Assembly: GCA_028715965.1 (NCBI GenBank)
Contig: JAQUQS010000001.1
Span: 97,332-161,331 of the forward strand
DNA length: 64,000 bases
Direction: 5' to 3'
Origin: Candidatus Omnitrophota bacterium
Lineage (GTDB): Bacteria; Omnitrophota; Gorgyraeia; Tantalellales; Tantalellaceae
The notes below the pieces were generated by a model. It had not been told where the DNA came from and searched no databases. It saw nothing but the letters and a program-made list of their open reading frames with translations. Shown here one piece after another: positions 10,034 through 20,759 of this stretch (the stretch's first letter is position 1; each line of letters begins with the position of its first letter). The position numbers and the translations under genes are program-made.

Positions 10034-11095
10034 TTATAGACCAGCCTCCTTGACCACCTCTTCAAGCTTTGGCTCAACTACCGGAGGATGTTCCAGGCAT
10101 TTTATAGCGCGATCCGGATCCTTGAGCCCATGGCCCGTGAGCACACAGATTATGTCCTTTGTCTCCCCATCCGCAAGTTCCGGGAAATATCCCTCTCCCG
10201 CCTTTTTCATTACACCCGCCACGCTTGCCGCCGACGCGGGTTCACAGAACACCCCGACTTTCCCGGCCAGGAACTTATAGGCGTCAAGGATCTCATCGTC
10301 CGTCACCTTGTCTATGAGCCCACCGGACTCATCCCTTGCCTCCTCGGCGGACTTCCAACTGGCGGGATTCCCGATCTTTATCGCCGTCGCTATGGTCTGC
10401 GGGTCTTTTACGGGCCTTCCTTCCACTATGGGAGCGGCCCCCGCAGCCTGGAAACCAAGCATTACCGGGCATGACCTGGTAATACCCGAGGCCTTATATT
10501 CTTTATATCCTTTCCAATACGCCGTGATGTTCCCGGCATTCCCGACCGGAAGCGCGTGATAATCCGGGGCATGGCCCAGCTTATCGCATATCTCGAAAGA
10601 AGAGGTCTTCTGCCCTTCGATACGATACGGATTTATCGAGTTCACCAAAGTTATAGGATACTTTTCCGTAAGCTCTCTCACTATTTCCAGCGCGTCGTCG
10701 AAATTACCCTTGATTGCTATGACCTTCGCGCCGTGTATAAGGGCCTGGGCCAGCTTACCGAGCGCTATAGCGCCTTCGGGAATGACCACTATGCATTTTA
10801 TGCCCGCACGTGCCGAGTATGCCGCAGCCGAAGCCGAGGTATTCCCCGTAGACGCGCACGCGACGGCCTTTGATCCCGCCTCCAGGGCTTTTGAGACCGC
10901 CATGGTCATTCCCCTGTCCTTGAAACTCCCGGTAGGGTTCAGGCCTTCATACTTAAGCCACACCCTGTATCCTTTGCCAACGACCGCGGCTACAGGATCG
11001 GCTTTTATCAGCGGCGTATCCCCTTCCTCAAGAGAGATCACCGGGGTTTTCCCCGATACCGGAAGATATTTTCTGTATTTGTCTATAAGTCCCAT
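10034..11095 (-). CDS. thrC: Threonine synthase.
   Basis: The 353-aa ORF has the PLP fold-type II motifs ([11 protein letters not shown]) and typical short-form ThrC length. Confidence 0.9.
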   Translation of the reverse strand: MGLIDKYRKYLPVSGKTPVISLEEGDTPLIKADPVAAVVGKGYRVWLKYEGLNPTGSFKDRGMTMAVSKALEAGSKAVACASTGNTSASAAAYSARAGIKCIVVIPEGAIALGKLAQALIHGAKVIAIKGNFDDALEIVRELTEKYPITLVNSINPYRIEGQKTSSFEICDKLGHAPDYHALPVGNAGNITAYWKGYKEYKASGITRSCPVMLGFQAAGAAPIVEGRPVKDPQTIATAIKIGNPASWKSAEEARDESGGLIDKVTDDEILDAYKFLAGKVGVFCEPASAASVAGVMKKAGEGYFPELADGETKDIICVLTGHGLKDPDRAIKCLEHPPVVEPKLEEVVKEAGL

Positions 11096-11115
11096 GTTCT
11101 CCTCTCGATCAAAAG

Positions 11116-12414
11116 CTACTGTTCCATCCTTATGGCGACCGTACTGTCGCTTACGTGTTCCAGCTTATCCGCTTCCATTATGGCTTTTCTCATATCGCCT
11201 TCAAGCGCTTTATGCGTAAGTATTATCACGGGCACCGGCCCACCTTCATTCCTTTCGTCCTGAGATACACTGGCGATACTTATGTTATTCTTAGCGAGAA
11301 CGGAAGATATACCGGCCAGCACACCGGGCTTATCAATAACGGAGAACCTCAGGTAATAAGATATCTTTATATCTTCCATCTTCTTTATCCTGCCACCGGG
11401 AGCGAAAACCGGGTCGCATGCCGGCTGGTCCGGACTCCCGGAGCTGTTCATGTTCCTTGCTATCTCGATGATATCGCCCATAACGGAACTCGCTGTCGGC
11501 CTGCTTCCGGCCCCTTTGCCAAAAAGCAGCGATTCCCCGACGAGGTCACCCTTGATGAATATGGCATTGTCCGCGCCGCGTACACCCGAAAGAAGATGAG
11601 ATACCGGTATCAACGTCGGATGGACCCGAAGCTCTATGCCGTCGGCGGTATTCTTGGCGATAGCCAGGAGCTTAACGCTATATCCCCATCTTGCGGCGTT
11701 CCTGATGTCCTGGCTGGATACAAGCTCTATCCCTTCGGTGTAAACGTCTTTTGCCGTAACATCCGCGCCAAATCCCAGTACCGACAATATTGCCAGCTTA
11801 TGCGCGCTGTCGGCCCCGCTTATATCCAGGGTCGGATCGCTTTCAGCGAACCCTTTGGCCTGCGCGGTCCCCAGGGCGTCGGCGAAAGAACATCCTTTTT
11901 CCGACATTTCCGTCAATATGAAATTGGTCGTACCGTTGAGTATGCCGTATATGGTCTCTATCCTGTTAGCGACAAAACTGTCACGTAAGGTCCTGATAAC
12001 GGGTATGGCGCCGCCTACACTCGCCTCGAAATTCACGGATACACCTTTCGCGGAAGCCGCCGAAAAGATCTCTTTCCAGTGCTCGGATAAAAGGGCCTTG
12101 TTAGCCGTAACTACATGCTTGCCCTTACGTATCGCCCCAAGTATTATGCTCTTTGCCGGCTCAATACCGCCAATAAGTTCAACGATCACGTCTATGTCGT
12201 TATCGTTCAGCAGATCATCATAGGACCCGGTAATGATATCACATTTTCCCCTGGAAATGTCTTTCAACGCGGCCGCCGCACTATCGCATACACCTTTGAC
12301 CTTTAAAGACACCCCGGCCCTTTTCTCGATAAGAGGTCCATTGCTTATCACAGCATCATATACGCCCTTGCCTATGGTACCAACGCCTATTATGCCTATA
12401 TTGACCGTTTTCAT
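11116..12414 (-). CDS. hom: Homoserine dehydrogenase.
   Basis: The 432-aa ORF has an N-terminal NAD-binding region ([12 protein letters not shown]), a homoserine dehydrogenase catalytic domain and a C-terminal ACT domain. Confidence 0.9.
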   Translation of the reverse strand: MKTVNIGIIGVGTIGKGVYDAVISNGPLIEKRAGVSLKVKGVCDSAAAALKDISRGKCDIITGSYDDLLNDNDIDVIVELIGGIEPAKSIILGAIRKGKHVVTANKALLSEHWKEIFSAASAKGVSVNFEASVGGAIPVIRTLRDSFVANRIETIYGILNGTTNFILTEMSEKGCSFADALGTAQAKGFAESDPTLDISGADSAHKLAILSVLGFGADVTAKDVYTEGIELVSSQDIRNAARWGYSVKLLAIAKNTADGIELRVHPTLIPVSHLLSGVRGADNAIFIKGDLVGESLLFGKGAGSRPTASSVMGDIIEIARNMNSSGSPDQPACDPVFAPGGRIKKMEDIKISYYLRFSVIDKPGVLAGISSVLAKNNISIASVSQDERNEGGPVPVIILTHKALEGDMRKAIMEADKLEHVSDSTVAIRMEQ

Positions 12415-12450
12415 CTCTCCTCTTTCCGTCAGTATAAGGTCTTGAAAAAA

Positions 12451-12529
12451 TGGTCGGGACGGCCGGATTTGAACCGGCGACCCCTAGTCCCCCAGACTAG
12501 TGCGCTAAACCAGACTGCGCTACGTCCCG
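12451..12529 (-). tRNA. tRNA-Pro, anticodon GGG.
   Basis: The reverse complement is CGGGACGTAGCGCAGTCTGGTTTAGCGCACTAGTCTGGGGGACTAGGGGTCGCCGGTTCAAATCCGGCCGTCCCGACCA. It folds by hand into a cloverleaf: a 7-bp acceptor stem, a GCGC D-stem, an anticodon stem CTAGT/ACTAG with loop CTGGGGG, a T-arm GCCGG-TTCAAAT-CCGGC, and an encoded CCA. Confidence 0.8.
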
Positions 12530-12543
12530 ACTATGGATTGTAC

Positions 12544-13524
12544 TCAATCTTCTATTTTGAGATCTCGCGTCATCAGCTCTGTAACCGCTTCCGCCGCGTT
12601 CTTGCCTTCGTAGATAACTTCATACACTTTGGAACTTATTGGCATCTCAACGTTGTATTTATCTGCCAGTTGCCTTACGGCTCTACAAGTTGCCGCGCCT
12701 TCAACTACCATCTCGGTACCTTCAAGCACCTCCCGGGCGGACCTGCCTTTGCCCAATTCCTCCCCCAACCACCTGTTACGACTACGCGGGCTTATACAGG
12801 TCGTCGCCAGATCTCCCATACCACTAAGACCTCTGAAAGTATCGGCCTTCGCTCCCATTCTCTCGCCAAGTCTGGTGATCTCAGCAAGCCCTCTCGTAAG
12901 TATGGCCGCTTTTGTATTCGTACCGAACCCCAGACCGTCCGATATGCCCGCGGCTATGGCGATAACGTTCTTTAGCGCCCCACCGAGCTCCACGCCCGTG
13001 ATATCGTCCGAAGTATAGATACGGAACCGGTCGGTGGTCAGTATCTCCTGGGCCTCTTTCATATGCCCTCTGCTCCCGGCAAGGACCACGGCCGTCGGCA
13101 CTTTCTGGGCCACCTCATAAGCTATGCTGGGCCCGGATAACGCGCCTATTTCGGTATTCGGGAAAAGCCCCGAAAGGATCTCCGACGGACGCATCAATGT
13201 ATCGTATTCGATCCCCTTTGTAGCGCTTATCACATTCTTAAAATCGGCCGCGATGAATCTCTTCGCGGTCTGGCCGAGATATTCACACGGCACAACAAAG
13301 ACCGCGTATCCGGAACCGGACGCTTCTGATACTTCAGAAGTGACCTTTATCCCCTTAGGGATACGTATCCCTTTGAGGAATTTGGGATTTTCCCTGTGCT
13401 TATCGATATAATCGGCGTATTCAGGGGAAAAACTCCACAAAGTGGTCTCTATACCCTTAGAATCAAGAAGTATAGCCAAAGCCGTACCCCAGCCGCCGTC
13501 TCCTATTACGGTAACTTTGCTCAT
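12544..13524 (-). CDS. gpsA: NAD(P)H-dependent glycerol-3-phosphate dehydrogenase.
   Basis: The 326-aa ORF begins MSKVTVIGDGGWGTALA (Rossmann fold) and has the GpsA family layout. Confidence 0.9.
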   Translation of the reverse strand: MSKVTVIGDGGWGTALAILLDSKGIETTLWSFSPEYADYIDKHRENPKFLKGIRIPKGIKVTSEVSEASGSGYAVFVVPCEYLGQTAKRFIAADFKNVISATKGIEYDTLMRPSEILSGLFPNTEIGALSGPSIAYEVAQKVPTAVVLAGSRGHMKEAQEILTTDRFRIYTSDDITGVELGGALKNVIAIAAGISDGLGFGTNTKAAILTRGLAEITRLGERMGAKADTFRGLSGMGDLATTCISPRSRNRWLGEELGKGRSAREVLEGTEMVVEGAATCRAVRQLADKYNVEMPISSKVYEVIYEGKNAAEAVTELMTRDLKIED

Positions 13525-13536
13525 AATAACCTTGAA

Positions 13537-13565
13537 AGTTTAACATAGATGATTTTTATAGTCAA
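13537..13565 (-). promoter_or_regulatory. Candidate promoter upstream of gpsA.
   Basis: The minus strand reads TTGACT-N17-TAAACT, ending 12 nt before the gpsA ATG. Confidence 0.35.
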
Positions 13566-13600
13566 TAAGATTACTATTATAGGGGAGTTACGTGGACCCT

Positions 13601-13637
13601 GGAAAGAAAGAGAGGGATGGACCGGGTTCCATCCCTC
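13601..13637 (-). terminator. Rho-independent terminator-like hairpin downstream of the HTH gene.
   Basis: A perfect 9-bp inverted repeat GAGGGATGG-(8 nt)-CCATCCCTC. On the minus-strand transcript it is followed by UCUUUCUUUCC. Confidence 0.5.
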
Positions 13638-13638
13638 T

Positions 13639-13686
13639 CACCTTTAGGAGGTAGTGTCTGCACCTAAGTGCAGCACCTTTAGGAGA
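13639..13686. repeat. Short hairpin flanked by a 12-bp direct repeat.
   Basis: CACCTTTAGGAG occurs twice (13639-13650 and 13675-13686). The copies flank the 6-bp stem CTGCAC-CTAA-GTGCAG. Confidence 0.4.
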
Positions 13687-13796
13687 TCATTTGTTATTTA
13701 TCCTCTCTAGGAGGAATAAGCGGCCTTTTAACATGGATATCTTCCATATGACCACCAGAAACGTCAATACATGCGCGGGATCGGACATTTTCATGT

Positions 13797-14162
13797 TCAT
13801 GCTTTCTCCTTGATCTGGTCTATAGTGATCTTCAGTTCATTAAGGTACATGATCCGGTACGCGGTATGCCGCGAAACCACGAATATTTCCCCCAATATCT
13901 TGCATATTATCTTGTTCTCCCCGGTACGCGTATCCACATGCCGGAGGATATGACAGTCTCTTTTAGTGCCCTCATCCGTTTTTGCGCGTATCCACTCTTT
14001 TATCACCTGTTTGTTCTCCGATGTAAACCTTTCCTTTATAAAGTACTTACACATCCACTTCTTGGAAACTTTATTACGTGAACGTGCAGATATCTCCTCT
14101 ATAGATATCTCACTTTTTCTGGGATTATCGCCTAATTTGCTTTTGTAAAATAATTCCTTCAT
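13797..14162 (-). CDS. Hypothetical small basic protein with a C-terminal helix-turn-helix, resolvase/transposase-type HTH-like, in an AT-rich islet.
   Basis: The 121-aa ORF is Lys-rich. Its C-terminus KIICKILGEIFVVSRHTAYRIMYLNE resembles HTH_7 / resolvase-transposase DNA-binding helices. AAGGG sits 5 nt upstream of the ATG. Local GC is about 38% versus about 50% nearby. The gene is flanked by its own hairpin terminators. Confidence 0.5.
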   Translation of the reverse strand: MKELFYKSKLGDNPRKSEISIEEISARSRNKVSKKWMCKYFIKERFTSENKQVIKEWIRAKTDEGTKRDCHILRHVDTRTGENKIICKILGEIFVVSRHTAYRIMYLNELKITIDQIKEKA

Positions 14163-14208
14163 GACTGCCCTTGGTTATGACTTTTTAAATCTATTGAATA
14201 AGTTTCCT

Positions 14209-14231
14209 AAAAAAACGGGGTTTCCCCTTTT
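14209..14231. terminator. Bidirectional Rho-independent terminator downstream of plsY.
   Basis: AAAAAAAC-GGGG-TTT-CCCC-TTTT. A GC stem is flanked by an A-run on one side and a T-run on the other, so either strand gives a hairpin plus U-tract. Confidence 0.55.
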
Positions 14232-14316
14232 GCCGAATATATCTAATTTATATATTTCCTTTTTCTTGTGCTAACAATGCTATTATACAGCATCCACAAA
14301 ATAAAACAAGAGAATA

Positions 14317-14973
14317 TTACTGGCTTTTTTTAATCTTAACGAAGCGGTTTTCGGTCCCCTGGAAAAGACGCCTGATATTGCTACGATGTGAATAGATGCC
14401 TAGAAAACACAGTCCGCACGAAAAAAGAACTACCTCAAGATCTTTTCCGGTGACCATGGTAAGAACAGGAAGGACCAAAGCCGCTGAAATGGACGCGATC
14501 GACACATATCGGGTGAACATGAATACCACCCCCCAGACCAACAGGCAGGCGGCAAGCACCACGGGCATCATGCCTCCGATCACGCCAGCGGTCGTCGCTA
14601 CACCCTTCCCCCCCTTGAACCCAAGAAAAACATTCCAGATATGCCCGGCGATAGCCGCCACTCCCAGAAAGATCACGACAACACTCAGTTGTCTGGGTAT
14701 ATCAGATATGAAATACTTATCCGCCATTTCCGGCACAAGACGTTTCAACATCTCCGGCAACAACGTTACCGCGACGAACCCCTTGAGCACATCTATGATG
14801 AAGACCGCTATAGCGGCTTTTTTACCGATGGTCCTCGCGACATTCGTAGCGCCTACATTTCCACTGCCATGTTCGCGAATGTCGATCCCCTTCATTGCCT
14901 TGCCGAATATATACGCGGTAGGGAAAGAACCAATGAGATACGCGCATATTATCGCGAGAAATATATATATCAT
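14317..14973 (-). CDS. plsY: Glycerol-3-phosphate acyltransferase PlsY.
   Basis: The 218-aa multi-TM ORF has the PlsY motif HGSGNVGATNV. Confidence 0.9.
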   Translation of the reverse strand: MIYIFLAIICAYLIGSFPTAYIFGKAMKGIDIREHGSGNVGATNVARTIGKKAAIAVFIIDVLKGFVAVTLLPEMLKRLVPEMADKYFISDIPRQLSVVVIFLGVAAIAGHIWNVFLGFKGGKGVATTAGVIGGMMPVVLAACLLVWGVVFMFTRYVSIASISAALVLPVLTMVTGKDLEVVLFSCGLCFLGIYSHRSNIRRLFQGTENRFVKIKKSQ

Positions 14974-16319
14974 TTTCTTTCCTTTCTCGATCTCTTTAGA
15001 TTTATCCTCACCGGGAGACCCTTTAAAGGGAAATTACTCCTGAGCTGGTTCTCGATAAAGCTCAAATGTGCCGGAGATACCCATGCGGGGTCGTTCACGA
15101 AATAATCAAAACTTATCGGCCGTGTCCCGGTCTGCACAATGTACAGGAAATTAGGCCGTTTGTCCCTTCGGGGAACGGGCACCTGCCCCGGGTCCCTTTT
15201 CTCGAACACCTTGTTAAGCGCCGGCGTCGGGACTTTCATGTTAAGCGATGTATCCAGCTCCTTCGCTATGGCAAGACTTTCAAGCACGTTATAATCTTTC
15301 TTGGCGGAAGCGTAAAGCAGCGGATATTTTTCAAGCTTGCTGTTCTCTTCCAGAAGATGGTCTTTATAACCATCCTGGTCCACGTCATCGACGCCGGCGG
15401 CAAGGTCCCACTTATTTATGAGGACAAGGCACGCTTTTCCCTGCTCTTCTATGAAATTCAATATACCCGTATCGTCCCTCGTCATCCCCTCCGCGGCATC
15501 AATAAGAAGAAAGGCGACATCCGCCCTTTCTATCGCGTCACGCGAACGCATCATACTGTAGGAATCCACCGGTTCCTTGACCTTTTTCCTGTGCCTGATA
15601 CCGGCTGTGTCGATCAATATATAATCGGTATCATCATACTTGAAATATGTATCCATGGAATCCCTGGTCGTCCCGGGGACCTCACTGACGATGAACCGCT
15701 TCTTTTTCAGCAGGGCGTTCACGAACGATGATTTCCCGACGTTCGGCCTCCCGACCACGGCTATCTTGATGTACCGCGTGTCTTTTTTCACGGCAGGCCT
15801 GCCACTGGCGGCACCCATGATCTTCCTGATATGCTTTTTCAGTGACTGGACACCCCTCTTGTGCAAAGCGGAGATCGGCATGGGCTCCCCCAGTCCAAGC
15901 GTATAGAACTCGGATATCCCGCTCTCTATCCTAGCGTTATCGACCTTGTTCGCCACAAGAAGGATATTTTTGCTGTACTTCCTCAAAAGGAACGCTATTT
16001 CCGTATCCATCGGCGTCATACCCGCCATGGCGTCCACTACTACCAGAATGAGCTCCGCCTCCTCCATGGCGCTGAATATCTGCTGCTGGATCTCATGTGA
16101 GAACCGATCCTTATCTCCGGCCATATACCCGCCCGTATCGATGAGCCTTGCCTTTGCCCCCCCGATGTCCACAAAAGACTCCACCCTGTCCCGGGTAGTA
16201 CCGGACTGCTCTACAACGACCGCCTTTCTTTCCCCAAGAAGACAGTTGAAGACGGAAGATTTTCCCACATTAGGCCTGCCGACTATGCTTATTGTCGGAA
16301 GTTCATTCGGATTTTCCAT
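14970..16319 (-). CDS. der: Ribosome-biogenesis GTPase Der (EngA), with double GTPase domains.
   Basis: The 449-aa ORF has two G domains (GRPNVGKSS twice; DTGG, DTAG; NKVD, NKWD) and a KH-like C-terminus. Confidence 0.95.
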   Translation of the reverse strand: MENPNELPTISIVGRPNVGKSSVFNCLLGERKAVVVEQSGTTRDRVESFVDIGGAKARLIDTGGYMAGDKDRFSHEIQQQIFSAMEEAELILVVVDAMAGMTPMDTEIAFLLRKYSKNILLVANKVDNARIESGISEFYTLGLGEPMPISALHKRGVQSLKKHIRKIMGAASGRPAVKKDTRYIKIAVVGRPNVGKSSFVNALLKKKRFIVSEVPGTTRDSMDTYFKYDDTDYILIDTAGIRHRKKVKEPVDSYSMMRSRDAIERADVAFLLIDAAEGMTRDDTGILNFIEEQGKACLVLINKWDLAAGVDDVDQDGYKDHLLEENSKLEKYPLLYASAKKDYNVLESLAIAKELDTSLNMKVPTPALNKVFEKRDPGQVPVPRRDKRPNFLYIVQTGTRPISFDYFVNDPAWVSPAHLSFIENQLRSNFPLKGLPVRINLKRSRKERK

Positions 16320-16854
16320 TTATATACCCGGACCCTATCCTTAAATAATCCAACCCCGATATGACCGTAAGTACCACGGTCACGCTACACAACCATTTTG
16401 AATATATGAACTCCACAAGAAGCGCTATAACTGTCAGCATCTGGAAGAACGTGGTGATCTTCCCTATCACTGTGGGCCTTATGTCCACTTTGTCGAAGAT
16501 CATGTTAATGGACGCTATCCCCGCGAGAATGATCACGTCCCTCGATATTATGATCACCGGCACATATACCGGTATTTTCAGGTGCTCAGGCAGGCCGGAC
16601 ACAAGGCTGAAACTTATGAACGCGCTGCCGATAAGCAGTTTATCCGCCAACGGGTCCATCACCGCCCCAATCTCGGTCTTCTCGTTCCTGGTCCTGGCTA
16701 TATATCCGTCCAAAGCGTCCGTGATCGTGGCTATTGTGAAGACTACAAGCGCTTCGGTAAGCTTACCATAAAGCACAAGCGTTATAAAGACCGGAACAAG
16801 CACTATCCTTAACAACGTAAGACGATTCGCCAGGTTCATCCCTTTAATCCCCAC
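16303..16854 (-). CDS. pgsA: CDP-diacylglycerol--glycerol-3-phosphate 3-phosphatidyltransferase.
   Basis: The 183-aa ORF has the CDP-alcohol phosphatidyltransferase motif D(x)2DG(x)2AR...G...DPLADK. Confidence 0.85.
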   Translation of the reverse strand: MGIKGMNLANRLTLLRIVLVPVFITLVLYGKLTEALVVFTIATITDALDGYIARTRNEKTEIGAVMDPLADKLLIGSAFISFSLVSGLPEHLKIPVYVPVIIISRDVIILAGIASINMIFDKVDIRPTVIGKITTFFQMLTVIALLVEFIYSKWLCSVTVVLTVISGLDYLRIGSGYINGKSE

Positions 16855-17437
16855 CTTTTAAGAGACGTATCCTCGTAATAGGCCAGTGTATCACGAAAGC
16901 CTTGCCGACCATATTGTCTACCGGGGTGAACCCCCAATACCTGGAATCAAGCGAGTTAGCGCTGTTATCCCCAAGCACGTAGAACTCTCCCTCGGGAACA
17001 TGTATCTCTTTCCCTTCCTCCCCATACTCGCCCTTGCCGTAATAGTAGAAACGGTTGAACGGTACTGAGTCCAGGACCTTACCGTTCACGTACACCTTGC
17101 CGTTCTGTATCATGACCGTATCCCCAGGCCCGGCTATATAACGCTTAATGAGGAACTTTTTCTTTTCGACCGGGGACTTGAACACGACGATATCACCGGA
17201 TACCGGATCTTCCAGTTCCGGCAGCTTAATATGGGTGAACGGTATTTTCGCCCCATACACGAACTTGTTGACGAATATACGGTCGCCCGGCTTAAGCGTA
17301 GGGAACATGGAATGGGACGGTATCTTGAACGGCTGTATGATGAACGTCCTGATGAAAAGCGCCAGCACCCCAGCGACCAGGACCGGCTTCACCCATTCGT
17401 ACCACCACCAGTCCCATGAGTATTTACGATAGATCAC
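16844..17437 (-). CDS. lepB: Signal peptidase I.
   Basis: SPase I boxes are present: SHSMFPTL (catalytic Ser), ..KRYIAGPGD.., and [15 protein letters not shown]. The ORF track extends to 17566, overlapping lepA by 130 nt. The likely start is the GTG at 17437, forming a GTGA overlap with the lepA stop. The start is inferred. Confidence 0.85.
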   Translation of the reverse strand: MIYRKYSWDWWWYEWVKPVLVAGVLALFIRTFIIQPFKIPSHSMFPTLKPGDRIFVNKFVYGAKIPFTHIKLPELEDPVSGDIVVFKSPVEKKKFLIKRYIAGPGDTVMIQNGKVYVNGKVLDSVPFNRFYYYGKGEYGEEGKEIHVPEGEFYVLGDNSANSLDSRYWGFTPVDNMVGKAFVIHWPITRIRLLKGGD

Positions 17438-19236
17438 GAAACTCTCATTGCCTTCAGGAACGCTTCCTTCGGCACATCCACCTTGCCGATCCTGCGCATC
17501 TTTTTCTTTCCCTCTTTCTGTTTCTCCCATAGCTTCCTCTTCCTGGTTATATCTCCTCCATAACACTTGCTGGTAACATTCTTCTTGAGGGCCGAGATAT
17601 CCTCTCTAGCCACGATCTCCCCTCCGATAGCCGCCTGCAACGCTATTTTGAAAAGATGTTTCGGTATGCTCTCCTTGAGTTTTTCCACCAGCTCTTTTCC
17701 TCTCGTCCTCGCCCGATCCCTGTGTACAATGGCCGAAAGCGCGTCACACGGAACGGCGTTTATCAAGATGTCCAGTTTCACGATGTTAGACCTGCGATAT
17801 CCTATAAGCTCGTAATCAAGGGACCCGTATCCCTGGGTCGAGGACTTTATCTTATCATAGAAATCGATCACTATCTCGGCGAGCGGCATGTTATAAGTGA
17901 GTTGTATACGCTTGGGGTCCAGATATTTCGTGCTGATGAACTCCCCCCTCTTGTTCTCGCAGAGCTGCATGAGCGTACCAAGGCTCTCGGCCGGGGAGAA
18001 GATATGGCACCTTACAAAAGGTTCTTCCACATACTCGATCTTTTCGTTCTCGGGATATTTCGTCGGGTTATCCACTTCCATCATCTCGTCCTGGCCGCTT
18101 ATTTTTACCCGGTAGTTAACACTGGGGCTGGAAGCTATAAGATCCAGGTTGAATTCCCTTTCCAGCCTTTCCTGGATTATCTCCATATGCAGCAGACCCA
18201 GGAACCCGCAACGGAACCCGAATCCCAGGGCCGCGGATATTTCCGGCTCATACATGAAAGAGGGGTCAGAGAGCTGCATCTTGTCCATGGCGACCTTGAG
18301 GTCCTCATAATCCTCGTTGCTCACGGGGAATATACCGCTGAACACCATGGGCTTGACCTTCTTATACCCGGGCAGCGGGCTGGAAGCGGGACACAAGGCG
18401 TCCGTAATGGTATCCCCCACGACGACCTCTTTTGCTTCCTTTATATTACATACTATATATCCGACCGAACCGCAACCCAACCGCTCCACGGTCCGTTCGC
18501 TCGGGACGAAAACACCCGTTTCTTTCACCTCATACCTGGATCCCTTGTTCATCATCTCTATTTCCATGCCAGGCCGAAGCTCCCCGTTGATTATCCTCAC
18601 GTATATTATAACTCCCCTGTATATATCATAGGAGGAGTCGAAGATGAGGGCTTGCAGGGGGTCTTCACTTTTACCGGCCGGCGGGGGCACGTTCTTCACC
18701 ACGGCCTCCAGCACTTCTTTTGTACCCAGTCCTTCTTTGGCGCTGATCATCAGGATATCGTCGTCGTCACACCCGAGAAGATCGAATATCTGGTGTTTGA
18801 CCTCTTCTATCCTCGCGTTCTTGAGGTCTATTTTGTTTATTATAGGTATTATCTTGAGGTCATGCTCCATCGCCAGGTAAAGGTTAGCCAGCGTCTGCGC
18901 CTCTACCCCCTGCACCGCGTCCACCAGGAGCAAGGCTCCTTCGCACGCGGCTATGGATTTCGAGACCTCATACGAGAAATCAACATGCCCCGGAGTATCG
19001 ATGAGGTTAAGAAGATATTTGTTCCCGTCATCGGCGTCATAATATATCCTGACCGCGCTTGATTTGATGGTTATACCCCGTTCACGCTCAAGGTCCATAT
19101 TATCCAGGAGCTGGTCCCTGAACTGCCTGTCCTCTACAGTATGGGTATATTGGATGATCCTGTCCGCGAGCGTGGATTTACCATGATCTATATGCGCGAT
19201 TATGCAAAAATTGCGTATCTTGTCCAGTCCGTACAT
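17434..19236 (-). CDS. lepA: Translation elongation factor 4 (LepA).
   Basis: The 600-aa ORF begins [20 protein letters not shown], has the DTPGHVDF G-domain motifs, and a LepA-specific C-terminal domain. Confidence 0.95.
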   Translation of the reverse strand: MYGLDKIRNFCIIAHIDHGKSTLADRIIQYTHTVEDRQFRDQLLDNMDLERERGITIKSSAVRIYYDADDGNKYLLNLIDTPGHVDFSYEVSKSIAACEGALLLVDAVQGVEAQTLANLYLAMEHDLKIIPIINKIDLKNARIEEVKHQIFDLLGCDDDDILMISAKEGLGTKEVLEAVVKNVPPPAGKSEDPLQALIFDSSYDIYRGVIIYVRIINGELRPGMEIEMMNKGSRYEVKETGVFVPSERTVERLGCGSVGYIVCNIKEAKEVVVGDTITDALCPASSPLPGYKKVKPMVFSGIFPVSNEDYEDLKVAMDKMQLSDPSFMYEPEISAALGFGFRCGFLGLLHMEIIQERLEREFNLDLIASSPSVNYRVKISGQDEMMEVDNPTKYPENEKIEYVEEPFVRCHIFSPAESLGTLMQLCENKRGEFISTKYLDPKRIQLTYNMPLAEIVIDFYDKIKSSTQGYGSLDYELIGYRRSNIVKLDILINAVPCDALSAIVHRDRARTRGKELVEKLKESIPKHLFKIALQAAIGGEIVAREDISALKKNVTSKCYGGDITRKRKLWEKQKEGKKKMRRIGKVDVPKEAFLKAMRVS

Positions 19237-19272
19237 ATTATGTCTGCCTTTTTGAGTATATGTATACGTTCA

Positions 19273-20700
19273 TCATGACATTAATTTTAAGGCGTATTTC
19301 TTCCCGGCGCCTATATACTTGAGCGACATGCCCCTGGTCCGCGTCTCCGAATATATCCTGAGCTTGGGCTCTGTCCCTGAAAGCCTTACCAGAAGCCAGC
19401 TCCCGTCATCACAAATGAATTTTGTCCCGTCATAATCCTTGATGTCGACCACAGGCCTTCCAAGCACGTCCTTCAAAGGCTTGTCCTTGAGCCCCTTCAT
19501 CAGTTTTTTCCTCTTAGAACTGTCGAACACCATGTCCTCTCTCTCGTAGACGTAATCCCCGAACTCCCGGTTCATATCGGCTACGATACGCGAAAGCGGC
19601 TTCTTCGCCGACACAATGAGCTCCATCACCAAAAGCGCTGAAAGGAACCCGTCGCGTTCCGGCACATATCCCTTGAACGTCACGCCACCCGTTTCCTCGC
19701 CACCTATCAGTATATCTTTCTTCAGCATCATCTCGCAGATGTATTTGAACCCGACAGGCGTTTCATAACATTTAAGCCCGAACTTCCTGCACATATTCTC
19801 TATCTGTCCGGTGCCACATATCGTCTGGATCACGCCGCCTTTTTTCTTCCTGTTGCGAAAAAGATGAAGAAGAAGTACCGCCATGAGCTTATGCCCTGAA
19901 AGCACGTTGCCCTTTTCGTCAACAACGGCAAGCCGGTCGGAATCACCGTCCGTGGCGATCCCCAGGTCATACTTACCTTTCTTTATCCCGGCCACGAGCT
20001 CCTTCAGGTGTTTTTCGTTAGGTTCCGGCGGTCTTCCGTTGAACCCGGGATTCACCTCGTCATAGATGTAGTCGGTCTTTATCGAGGTGTCTTTCAATAT
20101 CGTCCTGATATAATTCCCGCCGGTACCGTTCATCGAGTCGATCAGCACCCTGAGTTTGGCTTTCTTAAGTTTTTTCATGTCCGCGTATTTTTTCACTACC
20201 TTGAGCTGGACTGAAACTATGTCCTCTATCATGACCTTTTTATCCGATACAGCTTTGTCCATGTCGACCTTCTTCACCTTGGACTTATAAAGCCGTTTTT
20301 CGATATCATCGATGATATCACTCCCGGCCGACCCGGCAAAATAACCTTTATATTTTATTCCGTTATAACTAAAGGGGTTATGGCTTGCCGTTATCATCAC
20401 GCCACCCGTGAGTTTCTTCTCCCTTATATACACGCAAACCGCCGGCGTCGGGCTCGGTTTATCCGACAAAACCACTTTTATCCCGTTCGCGGCGACAACA
20501 CACGCCACAGTCTCGGCATACTCTTTCGAAAGGAATCGCGTGTCATACCCGACCACTATCTTCCTTTTCCTGTATATGGGCTTTTTCTGCGCTTTGATGA
20601 AATCCGCTATGGCCTGCGCCACTATTTCCACGTTATCGAACGTAAAATCCTTGCTTATTATCGCCCTCCACCCGTCGGTCCCGAATTTTATGTTGGACAT
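19273..20700 (-). CDS. Phosphoglucomutase/phosphomannomutase family protein (alpha-D-phosphohexomutase).
   Basis: The 475-aa ORF has the active-site motif TASHNPFSYNGIKY, the metal-binding loop DGDSDR, and the four-domain layout. Confidence 0.85.
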   Translation of the reverse strand: MSNIKFGTDGWRAIISKDFTFDNVEIVAQAIADFIKAQKKPIYRKRKIVVGYDTRFLSKEYAETVACVVAANGIKVVLSDKPSPTPAVCVYIREKKLTGGVMITASHNPFSYNGIKYKGYFAGSAGSDIIDDIEKRLYKSKVKKVDMDKAVSDKKVMIEDIVSVQLKVVKKYADMKKLKKAKLRVLIDSMNGTGGNYIRTILKDTSIKTDYIYDEVNPGFNGRPPEPNEKHLKELVAGIKKGKYDLGIATDGDSDRLAVVDEKGNVLSGHKLMAVLLLHLFRNRKKKGGVIQTICGTGQIENMCRKFGLKCYETPVGFKYICEMMLKKDILIGGEETGGVTFKGYVPERDGFLSALLVMELIVSAKKPLSRIVADMNREFGDYVYEREDMVFDSSKRKKLMKGLKDKPLKDVLGRPVVDIKDYDGTKFICDDGSWLLVRLSGTEPKLRIYSETRTRGMSLKYIGAGKKYALKLMS

Positions 20701-20759
20701 CCCTTTCCTCCTCCGTTCTTATCTTTTATTGATGCCACGATATCCGTCGCGGCATCGGG

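Noticed and set aside
17656-19062. 468-aa plus-strand ORF
   Set aside because: It is antisense to lepA (EF4), whose identity is unambiguous. It is a typical long shadow ORF on the opposite strand of a highly conserved gene.
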